The notes: generated by a model not told the origin, from the letters alone. A stretch of 32,000 nt of DNA from Candidatus Helarchaeota ASGARD archaeon Hel_GB_B (GCA_005191425.1 SUPR01000014.1:1-32000); one strand, 5' to 3'; positions 18,622 through 28,130 are shown, counted from the first letter of the stretch. A program made the numbers and translations.

Positions 18622-18975
18622 ATGTTATCTGATAGAAAAAAATGGGCATTGGTAAGAAAACAATTGTATGTTGCAATTAAAAAAGCTCGGTCATTAGATG
18701 AAATTATTTCCATATTAAAAGACTGGTATGCAGAATTAACAGATTCGGATAGTGAAGACTCAATTCCCCATATAAATGTACAAATTAACCCTTCAGTTGA
18801 AAAGGCATCAGTACCTTCAGAAACTACTTCTGAAATGTTCGAGGCTCCTGAAGAATTTAAAAGGGAAAATTTAGAAGAGAAAGTTGAATTAATAACATGT
18901 CCCCATTGTGGAGAAAAAATTGAATATACTCAAGGGACTGTCTTTTGTCCAAATTGTGGTATGCCCATAGATTAA
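18622..18975 (+). CDS. Helical hairpin, acidic linker and zinc-ribbon protein
   Basis: LSDRKKWALVRKQLYVAIKKARSLDEIISILKDWYAELT, then an acidic S/E/P-rich linker, then CPHCGEKIEYTQGTVFCPNCG. Confidence 0.85.
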   Translation: MLSDRKKWALVRKQLYVAIKKARSLDEIISILKDWYAELTDSDSEDSIPHINVQINPSVEKASVPSETTSEMFEAPEEFKRENLEEKVELITCPHCGEKIEYTQGTVFCPNCGMPID

Positions 18976-19685
18976 TACATATATTCTGGTAGAGTATTCA
19001 AAATTCTTTGAATTCGCTGGGCTAAATCATTATTACCTGTTTGTTTGCATATTTCTAAACCTTTTTTTAATGTATCTTCAGCTTTATTGTAATTTTCAAT
19101 TGTTATTAAAGCTGAACCTAAATAATACAAGATAGTAGCTCGTTCAGATATAATTTCTGGGTCATTTGAATTTTTAGTCATTTGAAATGCTTTTTCCAAT
19201 GTTTCTATTACTTCATTGGGGTCTCCGAATTTACTTGTGGCTATTGGAAGGTAAAAATTTCTGATATCTTCTATGGAATATATTTTTTCAGGTAATTTAT
19301 CTTTTGTAATCTTTTCAGTTTCAGATTTAAAAGCTTCTATAGAGTCTATTTTTGCAAGTTCAATTAATTTGTCAATGAAATCTCGCGGGTCCTTTTTTAT
19401 TTCCTTTAATTTTTTATCAAGTTCATTTAAATTATTGACAAGAAAAGAGTTGGATGCTTTATTTGCAATAAGAAGTCCCTTTTTAATAAATTTCTCAGCT
19501 GCAGAAAAGTTATTTATATAAATATTTATAAGCGCAGAATAATAAAAAATAAGTGTCCTGAATGTAGTATTATTCATTAAATCTTTTACATCAATTACCT
19601 TTTTAATTCTAAGCAGAGCATCATCAAAATGTTGACTTGTTATATCCGTTTTTATCGTATCAAAAAATTTATATATTTTCTCTAT
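18972..19685 (-). CDS. TPR-repeat protein (N-terminally extended relative to the ORF track)
   Basis: TPRs: TLIFYYSALINIYINNFSAAEKFIKKG and ATILYYLGSALITIENYNKAEDTLKKGLEI. The frame stays open upstream of ATG 19577 and encodes EKIYKFFDTIKTDITSQHFDDALLRIKKV. Likely start ATA 19685, after GGGGCG. Confidence 0.8.
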   Translation of the reverse strand: MEKIYKFFDTIKTDITSQHFDDALLRIKKVIDVKDLMNNTTFRTLIFYYSALINIYINNFSAAEKFIKKGLLIANKASNSFLVNNLNELDKKLKEIKKDPRDFIDKLIELAKIDSIEAFKSETEKITKDKLPEKIYSIEDIRNFYLPIATSKFGDPNEVIETLEKAFQMTKNSNDPEIISERATILYYLGSALITIENYNKAEDTLKKGLEICKQTGNNDLAQRIQRILNTLPEYMY

Positions 19686-19844
19686 TTTTAACGCCCCATT
19701 TATACTTTTAATAAATATAGACGATAATAATATACAATTGGAGAACTCAATTATATAATTTTTTATTTTTTCATTTCATAAATTCTGAAGAAAAATTTGA
19801 AAATTGATTTTTATTAAGTGATAATATTTTGAATTGTTTAATTA

Positions 19845-21485
19845 TTATTTAAATTGTATAACCATACCGGGCAATTCTTCGGTGAGTTTTCCTTCGTCCA
19901 TCACAACTTTTCCATTTACAATGACCTTATGGATACCTTTTGGAAATGATATAGGGTTCTGGTGTGTTGCTGTATCAATAACTGTATCTGGGTCAAAAAT
20001 AACAATATCTGCTTTAAAATCTTCTTTTATTATTCCTCTATCATCAATAGAAAATTTTTTAGCAGGGAAACCTGTCATTTTGTAAATTGCTTCTTCAAGA
20101 GAAATAATTTGTGATTGGCGGGCGCACCTACCTAAAATCCGAGGATAAGTACCTAATACTCTGGGGTGAGGTTTTCCCACATTTGGACATAAATTATCCG
20201 TTGAAAACATTAAATATGGTGATTTCATGAGTTTAATTACATCTTTTTTTTTCATTAAGAACATTGAGATTAATATAGCACCTTCTTCCTCTCTTAATAA
20301 ATTTAAAGTTGCATTATATATATCAACGCCTGGGTATAACGTGTTAATGACATTTTCTAATGTTTTTCCTTCAAATTCGTGTTTATACTTCATGGACGTA
20401 ATTATCACTTTTTTCTGTAATTTGTCCATTATCAGTTTCATCCAGACCATTTTTGGGATAAACCGTAGAAACCATGGAATACCGACCATTTTCCACAATG
20501 TATTTTTAAACTCATTAATTATTCGTTTTCTATTTACGGGTGATGTAAGATTTTGTCTAAAAGCTTTATCGCCGCCATCAAATACCCAAGGTTGTAGTAA
20601 TCCACTCAATACGCTATTTGCAGCTGTATATGGGTACATATCTCCGTTTACATCTACACCGAACTCTCGTGCATTTTTAATCATTTTATTTATTTTTTTT
20701 ATGATATATTTTGTAAATATACTACCTGCAACTTTAACATGTGAAATTTCGACAGAAGCACCTGTACTTTTCCCAATTTCAAGAGCTTCATTTATAGCTT
20801 TTATAATACCTCTACCTTCATCTCTAATATGAGTGGAATAGATTCCACCATATTCACCGACCACTTTAGTTAATTCAATTAATTCATTTGTTGTTGTTAT
20901 GGAGCCTGGTGGGTAGATCAAACCTGTGGAGATACCAAAAGCTCCATCTTCCATTCCTTCTCGGACTATCTGTTTCATCTGTTTTAGTTCATCATCGTTA
21001 GGCTCTTGGTTGTCCATTCCCATTACATATACTCTAACATTACCTTGAGGAATTAAAAACCCAATATTCAGTGTGCAACCATTTTTATTAATGTAATTCA
21101 TAAAATCACTAATTCTATTAAAGAATTCAATATTTAATGACCCTAAAATAAACGAAATATAATTTTGGTAGTAATTTCTCACTGTTTCATTCATTGGTGC
21201 GAGTCCAATTCCACAATTACCAACAATTTCTGTAGTAATTCCTTGCATAATACTATATTTAGCGTATTTGTCTAACAAATATGAAAAATCAAAATGAGAG
21301 TGGACATCTATGAACCCCGGGCAAACAACTTTTTTACTTGCGTTAATCACCAAATCAGCAGTTTCTGAAGTATTACCGGTTTGAATATTAGTAATTATTC
21401 CTTTATCTATTAGTATATTCCCAGAGAACCTGTTATTCCCTGTTCCGTCTATGATTATTCCATTTTTTATTAGAATATCGGTCAT
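19845..21485 (-). CDS. N-acyl-D-amino-acid deacylase (D-aminoacylase)-family amidohydrolase
   Basis: DILIKNG.IIDGTG, VCPGFIDVHSH, QGITTEIVGNCG, HIRDE, SHVKV, STD, PHPRVLGTYPR, SLEEAIYKMTG.PA, ADIVIFDP. Confidence 0.93.
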   Translation of the reverse strand: MTDILIKNGIIIDGTGNNRFSGNILIDKGIITNIQTGNTSETADLVINASKKVVCPGFIDVHSHFDFSYLLDKYAKYSIMQGITTEIVGNCGIGLAPMNETVRNYYQNYISFILGSLNIEFFNRISDFMNYINKNGCTLNIGFLIPQGNVRVYVMGMDNQEPNDDELKQMKQIVREGMEDGAFGISTGLIYPPGSITTTNELIELTKVVGEYGGIYSTHIRDEGRGIIKAINEALEIGKSTGASVEISHVKVAGSIFTKYIIKKINKMIKNAREFGVDVNGDMYPYTAANSVLSGLLQPWVFDGGDKAFRQNLTSPVNRKRIINEFKNTLWKMVGIPWFLRFIPKMVWMKLIMDKLQKKVIITSMKYKHEFEGKTLENVINTLYPGVDIYNATLNLLREEEGAILISMFLMKKKDVIKLMKSPYLMFSTDNLCPNVGKPHPRVLGTYPRILGRCARQSQIISLEEAIYKMTGFPAKKFSIDDRGIIKEDFKADIVIFDPDTVIDTATHQNPISFPKGIHKVIVNGKVVMDEGKLTEELPGMVIQFK

Positions 21486-21617
21486 ATTTTCAACCTATAT
21501 TCGATAAATATTAAGTGAAATCATATTCATCAATATAATATAAAAAAATTTAGTATCAAATAAAAATTAAAAAGTAAAAAAAATTGAATAAAATTAGACA
21601 TGAATTTTTTTGTTTTT

Positions 21618-23369
21618 TTAGCTGGATTTTTTTTGTTTTTTTAATTCTTTTTGTAATAAAGCTCTCCTCATGACTTTTCCAACTGGTGTTTTTGGTATCA
21701 TTCCTACAAATTCTACAATTCTTGGCCATTTATAACCAGCCATTTTTTCTTTAGCCCAATCGATGATTTCTTGTTCAGTAATTTTACCTTGATATTCAGG
21801 TTTCAATTTAATAAAGGCTTTAATTTTTTCTCCGACAATTTCATCTGGGTCTGGGACGCCAATAACTGCACATTCAAGAACTGCTGGATGCTCATAAAGT
21901 GATTCTTCAACTTCCGCCGGTAATATTCGGTATCCTTTATATTTTATTTGTTCTTTTGTCCTGCCTACTATATAAAAAAAGCCTTTTTCGTCCATATAAG
22001 CTATATCTCCAGTTCTTAGCCAGATATTTCCGTTCTCGTCTTCAACAAGTGTATCTTTTGTAGCTTCAGGATTTTTCCAATAACCTTTCATAACTTGAGG
22101 GCCTCTTATTAATAATTCACCGCGTTCTCCGACTTTCAATTCAGTAATATAATCTGGGGGTTGGACTATTTTTGCGTCAGTGTCAATTATTGGAAAACTA
22201 ATACTCTCTGGATTAATATCTTCCCAGCAGGCAGCTACTGTGCACATGCAAGTGACTTCTGTGAGGCCATATGCATTTACTACTTTTAATCCTGTTTTGT
22301 CATGCCAAATTTTTGCTACTTTTGGCGGGAGGGCAGCAGCTCCGGATGCGCTAAATTCCAAGGACGAAAGGTCGCTTTTTTTAAAGTTTGGATGGTTAAT
22401 TAAAAAATTGTACATTGTGGGAATACCCGAAAATGTCGCAAGTTTATATCTATCTATCATTTTAAGGACTTCCCCAGCATCAAAACTAGAATAAATTATC
22501 AAGCTAATCACTCCTAACACGCATGAATTAAGGACAAAAAAACCCATTCCATGACATAGTGGATTACAAGTTAATGACCTCACTTTTCCCAATTCTGCGA
22601 GAGTCTCTTCAACTGAGCCTCTCCATGAACCAGCAACACCTGTATATAAAAATTGAAACGAATTTGATAGAATATTTGAGTGCGTTAACATAACGCCTTT
22701 TGGGAGACCTGTCGTCCCACCTGTAAATAATAGTGCACCCAAATCCTCCTTAATATTAATATTGACCTTTGGAAATAATGGGCGATACTTTTCAAGCAGT
22801 TTTTTAATAGTTATTTCATCAGGTTTGTCTGATGATATTTTAATTATATTTTCAACATTTGCTTCTTTACATGCGCGTTTTACTGTTCCAAATAATCTCT
22901 CATCCGTAATGAAAACTTTTATTATTCCCGATGAATTAACAATATGAGCAACTTCCTTTTTTTTCAATAACGGATTTACAGGAATTAGGATACCCCCTGA
23001 TTGACTTGAGGCATAAACTGCAAAAATATATTCTGGACAATTTGGAGTCATAATTGCTATTCCATCGCCTTTTTTAATTCCAAATTCGTTCATAAATACA
23101 TTTGTTAATACATCTACATAATAGGAAGTTTCATAAAATGTATATTTATCATTAGTCTGGGGAAAATGCATCATTATGTTATTGGGGAAATCTAACGCGG
23201 ATTTTTTTAATAAACAATGAAAACCTTCAAGTTCTGGATATTTTAAAGTTTTTGGGATATAATCTGGTCTATTTTTAAGCCAAGGTCTACCCGGTCTGAC
23301 CCATGGACTTTCATGGTCAAAATCTGCTACTTCCAGGCGATCATAATCACATCTTTCTTCATTAGACAA
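21618..23369 (-). CDS. Long-chain acyl-CoA synthetase (AMP-forming, FadD-like)
   Basis: FTGGTTGLPKG, AYGLTE, GELLIRGPQVMKGYW, LRTGD, GRTKEQIKYKG, KTPVGKV; TTG start after GGGTGA. Confidence 0.95.
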   Translation of the reverse strand: MSNEERCDYDRLEVADFDHESPWVRPGRPWLKNRPDYIPKTLKYPELEGFHCLLKKSALDFPNNIMMHFPQTNDKYTFYETSYYVDVLTNVFMNEFGIKKGDGIAIMTPNCPEYIFAVYASSQSGGILIPVNPLLKKKEVAHIVNSSGIIKVFITDERLFGTVKRACKEANVENIIKISSDKPDEITIKKLLEKYRPLFPKVNINIKEDLGALLFTGGTTGLPKGVMLTHSNILSNSFQFLYTGVAGSWRGSVEETLAELGKVRSLTCNPLCHGMGFFVLNSCVLGVISLIIYSSFDAGEVLKMIDRYKLATFSGIPTMYNFLINHPNFKKSDLSSLEFSASGAAALPPKVAKIWHDKTGLKVVNAYGLTEVTCMCTVAACWEDINPESISFPIIDTDAKIVQPPDYITELKVGERGELLIRGPQVMKGYWKNPEATKDTLVEDENGNIWLRTGDIAYMDEKGFFYIVGRTKEQIKYKGYRILPAEVEESLYEHPAVLECAVIGVPDPDEIVGEKIKAFIKLKPEYQGKITEQEIIDWAKEKMAGYKWPRIVEFVGMIPKTPVGKVMRRALLQKELKKQKKSS

Positions 23370-23555
23370 ACGAATTCACCCTTACAAAATAAAAATTAAT
23401 TTGATTAGTATTATTGAATTTTTATTAAAAATTTAATTAATTAATATTATTAATAATAAATATTAAATAGATTGATAAATTTAACATTTGAAGATTTATT
23501 ATTATTACTAATAATTAATTAAAGAAATCATTAATCAACAAGGCGTTTTTATAAA

Positions 23556-24575
23556 ATGAATCAAGAAATTGACCATAATTCTGAATCAATAAAGTCTATA
23601 TACCACCAAATACAGGGATTTTTTAAGAATCCATTTGATTATAAATTAAGCCTTAAATCATTATCCTGGTATTTAATAGCTTTAGTAAGTTGTTATTTAA
23701 TTTCAAGTTTATTTCATGGTAGTATAAATATTCCAGTTAATATAAGTGAACTACCAAATGGTGCTGGACAATTTTTTCCGTTTCCCTTACCTGATATAAT
23801 CGAACTTATTTTTATGGGTCCAATATTCACTCTAATCTATTTTATTATAATGAAAATAATGATAAAAAAAATTAAGATTGAAAAAAAGCGAGATTCTTAT
23901 ATTTCAGAATTTTTGGAGCTTATAAGTATTTTATTAGTGGGAATATTGGTAGCTGGACATTTTATCCATGTAACTTATAACTATGCAAGTCATCTTTATG
24001 ATTTACAATTTGGTGGATATGATACTTCTAATTTATTTTTATTTTTATATTGGTCTGACGAATGGTTAGGACATCATCTTATTCATTTTGCATTTTTTTT
24101 CCAGATAATTTTATTTTTAATAGTTGAATATAAGCTTAACGATCATAAAATTATGAGTTGGGACGAAATCGCTCTTTCTGTTTCATTAGGGATTGGTCTA
24201 TTTATTTTATTGGGATGGGCTACTTATGAAGGGCAATGTACTTTTCCATTAATGCTACTTTGCTTCATTTTATTAATTGTAGAAATAATTATTATTTTAA
24301 TAAAAAGGTTAAACCCACTAAGATTTCCTCTTATTTTCATTACAATGATCTCAAATATAATTGTAGTCGGATTCTATTTTTTCTGGATATTTAGTTATGG
24401 AATTAAACCATATTATCCTTTTATATATCAGCCGTCCGAGTTGAGCAATTACTTTGACCCGGTAAATCATTTATTAGAAATTTTTATTATAATTGCAATA
24501 ATTTATTTATCTCTTTTTACAATAAAATTTATCAAAAATTATAAAAAGAAGGACTTAAAAAATGAACCCAAATGA
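23556..24575 (+). CDS. Polytopic membrane protein, CLN6-like
   Basis: About seven to eight hydrophobic segments; motifs AGHFIHVTYN, LYWSDEWLGHHL, ATYEGQ and KPYYPFIYQPSE in the same order as the motifs I recall from human CLN6. Confidence 0.72.
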   Translation: MNQEIDHNSESIKSIYHQIQGFFKNPFDYKLSLKSLSWYLIALVSCYLISSLFHGSINIPVNISELPNGAGQFFPFPLPDIIELIFMGPIFTLIYFIIMKIMIKKIKIEKKRDSYISEFLELISILLVGILVAGHFIHVTYNYASHLYDLQFGGYDTSNLFLFLYWSDEWLGHHLIHFAFFFQIILFLIVEYKLNDHKIMSWDEIALSVSLGIGLFILLGWATYEGQCTFPLMLLCFILLIVEIIIILIKRLNPLRFPLIFITMISNIIVVGFYFFWIFSYGIKPYYPFIYQPSELSNYFDPVNHLLEIFIIIAIIYLSLFTIKFIKNYKKKDLKNEPK

Positions 24576-25062
24576 AATTTTAGAATTAATGAAAAATAGG
24601 CGGTCAATTAGAGAATATACGGATACACCGATATCTAATGAAGATATTAATATGATATTAGAAGCAGCTCGATGGTGTCAAAGTGGGAGTAATAAGCAGC
24701 CATGGCGATTTATTGTGATTAAAAATAAAAATATAATAGAAAAACTTGCAAAATTAGCTAAATATGGCCACTTTGTTAAACGAGCTCCTGTTGTAATTGC
24801 CGTTGTATCTAATAAAAAAGTATCACCAAAATGGTATATTCATGACTCTTCAATGGCAGCTCATCAAATTTGTCTAATGGTATCTGCTCTGGGATTGGGC
24901 ACTTGTTGGATAGGGAGTTTAGACCGTGATAAAGGTGCAGAATTATTAGGTCTCTCAAAAGATGAATTTCTCACAACAATTCTACCTATTGGACACCCCC
25001 AGAAAATTCCTAAACCAACACCTCGAAAACCATTAGAAAAAATCGTTTCTTATTTAGATTAG
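24562..25062 (+). CDS. Nitroreductase-family flavoprotein
   Basis: RRSIREY, ILEAARWCQSGSNKQPWRFIVI, GLGTCWI, PRKPLE; overlaps the preceding gene by 14 bp (operon). Confidence 0.93.
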   Translation: MNPNEILELMKNRRSIREYTDTPISNEDINMILEAARWCQSGSNKQPWRFIVIKNKNIIEKLAKLAKYGHFVKRAPVVIAVVSNKKVSPKWYIHDSSMAAHQICLMVSALGLGTCWIGSLDRDKGAELLGLSKDEFLTTILPIGHPQKIPKPTPRKPLEKIVSYLD

Positions 25063-25238
25063 TGGTGCAAGTTAATTAAAAAACTGTAATTTAACCTAAA
25101 ATTCAACTTCATTTTTTCTTGTCCAACCGTTAAAAAGTTTTTAAAAAAATTCATGTTCAATATTAAAAAGCATAAATTCTAGATATATCTTTTATTTTAC
25201 ATTACTTTTTATAAACAAAATTAAAGAAAATAACAAAA

Positions 25239-27036
25239 ATGGAAAACGAAAATCTGAATAAAGACCAAAAGGTCAAACAAAAATCAAAAAGGACTGATGT
25301 TTTTAAAAAATCTGGCAGTTCAAGAGTAATCGCTTCTGCAAGTTGGACTATATTAATAGCTGTTATCGGTGCAATCATGTTATTTATTTATCAAGTAATT
25401 GCCGGAAATTATTATGGAGAAAGTGGTGGGCTTTCATATTTTAGTGTGACAGCTGCGATCCTTGCCATTTCAACTGCTATAAGTGTTGGGACTGGACAAG
25501 CTTTTATTAAAATTGGAAAAGAGCGATACACAATTGATGGAATAGAAAAAGGTAATATTAAAATAATTCAAATGTCTAAAATCAATATGTTATTTGGGTT
25601 GATTATTACTGGAGTCGTCCTAATAATTTCGGTATTTAATTTTACTGATCCAGTATTTTTCATAATATTAATTGGAGCTTCAAGTGGCATCTTAATCACT
25701 TATATTAAAGATATTTTAGGAAATATGCTGGGAACTCTTAATCGGTTTGATATGTTAGCCATAGTTGGAGGTATTTATGGAGTTATTGTCTGTATTTTTG
25801 GTTTCTTGATTATTTCTTTGAATTTACCGCCTCAATTTCTAGCTTTTATTCCTACTATTATGATAATTATAATGTTAGCCCTGTCAATTTTTTTCTACAA
25901 TAAAATTAAGACTGTTAGTTTTAAGGATTTATTTTTTAGCTTGAAAAAATTTCCGATTGAAAAACGGTTTGCAAAACATTATATTATTTATGGAATTGAA
26001 TGCACAATCAGTAATTTGGTAGTATTTGGTATTTTTTCTCATATTGTGTTAATAATGACTTTTATATGCTATAATTATTGGGGTACTTTTTTAGGGATCA
26101 CAACTAGTGTCCTAAATATGACTCAAATTCTTACATTAATTGATTCTTTTGTTTTTATCGAAGTTGCTTTGATTTTTTTTTTCAGGTCCATTAAATGTTG
26201 AAGTCAGTGAAGCTTACGCAAAAAAAGATTATATAACAATGGAAAAATCAATAAATGCAGTTGGAAGGATTGGTATAATTATTGCACTTCCTATATCTTT
26301 AGCCATGACTTTTATGGCACCTCAATTAATCAAAATGTTTGCTTTAGGGTCGGTATCAAAAGGTTCTCCTCCAATATTAGACCCTTCCTTATTCTTTCAA
26401 GCATGGCTTACACTCTCTATAACTTCATTTGGTCAAGCTTTCTATGGATTAGCATGTATATTTGGAGCTGCTCTAATTGGGGCAGGAAAAGCTAAAAAGG
26501 CAGCAATGGGCTTCGGTATATCCGCAGTCCTTCTTTTTTTAAGTACTCCTGCATTAATTTTTCTGGTCGGTATTATTGATGATTATTTCCCTATTTTTGG
26601 CGTTTCTACATATTCATTAATTGGAACTGGATTTGCATTTTTATTAAGTGGAATATTTGTATTACCTTATTTAGCTCGGGCTACGAAAACTGTTCTTAAA
26701 ATTAAATATGATCTACGAGTTAAAAGATTAATCCCATGTTTAATTATCCTTGCAATATATCTTATTTTAATACCAATTGATTCTGGAGCTTCATTTTTAC
26801 TAAATTATTTTCCCACTCTTGGATTTGATCTTTTAAAGTTAATTCTCTTAACAATATTTCTTCTTATAGGGACTCTTATTAGTGGCGTTTCACTATGCTT
26901 TTTTGGAGTGATCGGAAAAGGTGATGGTAATATTTTAAGAGATACATTTGCTTCATTTAAAATGGGGATATTAGCTAAAATCATAATTAAAATCGGAAAA
27001 TTTATCTACTACTTAAATCCAATGAACCCTAAATGA
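25239..27036 (+). pseudogene. MOP-superfamily flippase (oligo/polysaccharide or MATE-like) split by a frameshift in a T10 run; may be an intact gene with a sequencing error
   Basis: ORFs 25239-26201 and 26239-27036 join into about 598 aa if one T is removed from T10 at 26173-26182. The junction then reads IFFSGPLNVEVSEAYAKKDYITMEKSINAVGRIGIIIALP, a typical flippase cytoplasmic-loop pattern. Confidence 0.75.
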
Positions 27037-27288
27037 ATTAAACAATGAGATAATTATAAATAAGATGTATTTGACCTTTTAGTATACTTAAAAAGGTGTA
27101 TTTACTTCTTTTTAATTTAAAAAATTCAATCATTTCTATTCATAAGTGCTTTTAATTTCTTGTTCAATCATATTCATAATATGCAATTAAATATGATTAA
27201 TAAAGCTATACTAATAATTTAAAAAGAAATAGTAATAAAAAATTGGGTATATTATTAATTTAATTAAATGGTATTTGTGTGAATTTAA

Positions 27289-28122
27289 ATGTGTGATTAT
27301 TGTCTAAAATATGGCGATGGACATAAATGGTATTTAAATCCCAAAAACTTTTCGGAGGAAACATTACATTCTGCTCGAGTTCAACAAGCCAGGATCATAG
27401 AATTTTTGGGTGGTAATTATAAAATGGAATTTGAAATTGGTGCAGCAACAATTATTGATTCGCTTATTCCAGATTTACATGACCACCACAATCTTGAGAT
27501 TGTAAGTACAAAAGTAGAAACAATGCATGGTGGACAGGTTGTACCACTTGAAGATGCACTTAAAATTATCGATTTATGTAATGGTAAAACAATTATTGTC
27601 CCATGTTATTGCAGACGCCATTTTGGTGGACTAGAAGATGTTATGACCTGTATGTTTTTACACCCAATTCCTGAAATGGTCCCAAAAAACCGTCCCTATG
27701 AAAAATATATAATTTTAGATAAAGAAGAAGCTAAAAAGAAATTACGCGAATTTGATAAGATTGGTTATGTTCATACAGTTTTCTGGGCACCAGTCCCGGT
27801 TCCAATAGTGATTTGTAATTGTGAATATCCATATTGTATCGGTTTAAAGTCTAGATTGAATTATAATGTAGTAAACGCCACTCGTAAATCTGAATATATT
27901 TGTGTTGCTGATGATTCTAAGTGTGATGCATGTGGTGGAGAGCCAAAATGTATCAGTAGGTGTCAATTTGGTGCAATTAAGAAAAAAATATCTGAAAATA
28001 ACAAAGTAGTGGTCAATCCCTCTCAATGTTTTGGATGCGGCGTATGCAGAGTTGCTTGCAGACAAGGTGCCCTTAAATTAATAGATCGCTCCGAATTTCC
28101 CGCATTTAAAGATGATTATTAA
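27289..28122 (+). CDS. Cys-rich Fe-S protein with a C-terminal 2x[4Fe-4S] domain
   Basis: MCDYC N-terminus, PCYCR, CMF, ICNCEYPYC, CDACGGEPKCISRCQF, CFGCGVCRVACRQ. Confidence 0.85.
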   Translation: MCDYCLKYGDGHKWYLNPKNFSEETLHSARVQQARIIEFLGGNYKMEFEIGAATIIDSLIPDLHDHHNLEIVSTKVETMHGGQVVPLEDALKIIDLCNGKTIIVPCYCRRHFGGLEDVMTCMFLHPIPEMVPKNRPYEKYIILDKEEAKKKLREFDKIGYVHTVFWAPVPVPIVICNCEYPYCIGLKSRLNYNVVNATRKSEYICVADDSKCDACGGEPKCISRCQFGAIKKKISENNKVVVNPSQCFGCGVCRVACRQGALKLIDRSEFPAFKDDY

Positions 28123-28130
28123 GGAGGCGA

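Noticed and set aside
18469-18975. Interpretation of the helical-hairpin pair as SNARE proteins, or as one read-through gene
   Set aside because: The helices are too short for a SNARE motif of about 60 residues and lack a TM anchor. Two in-frame TAA stops (18604, 18616) separate the ORFs, so read-through is implausible.
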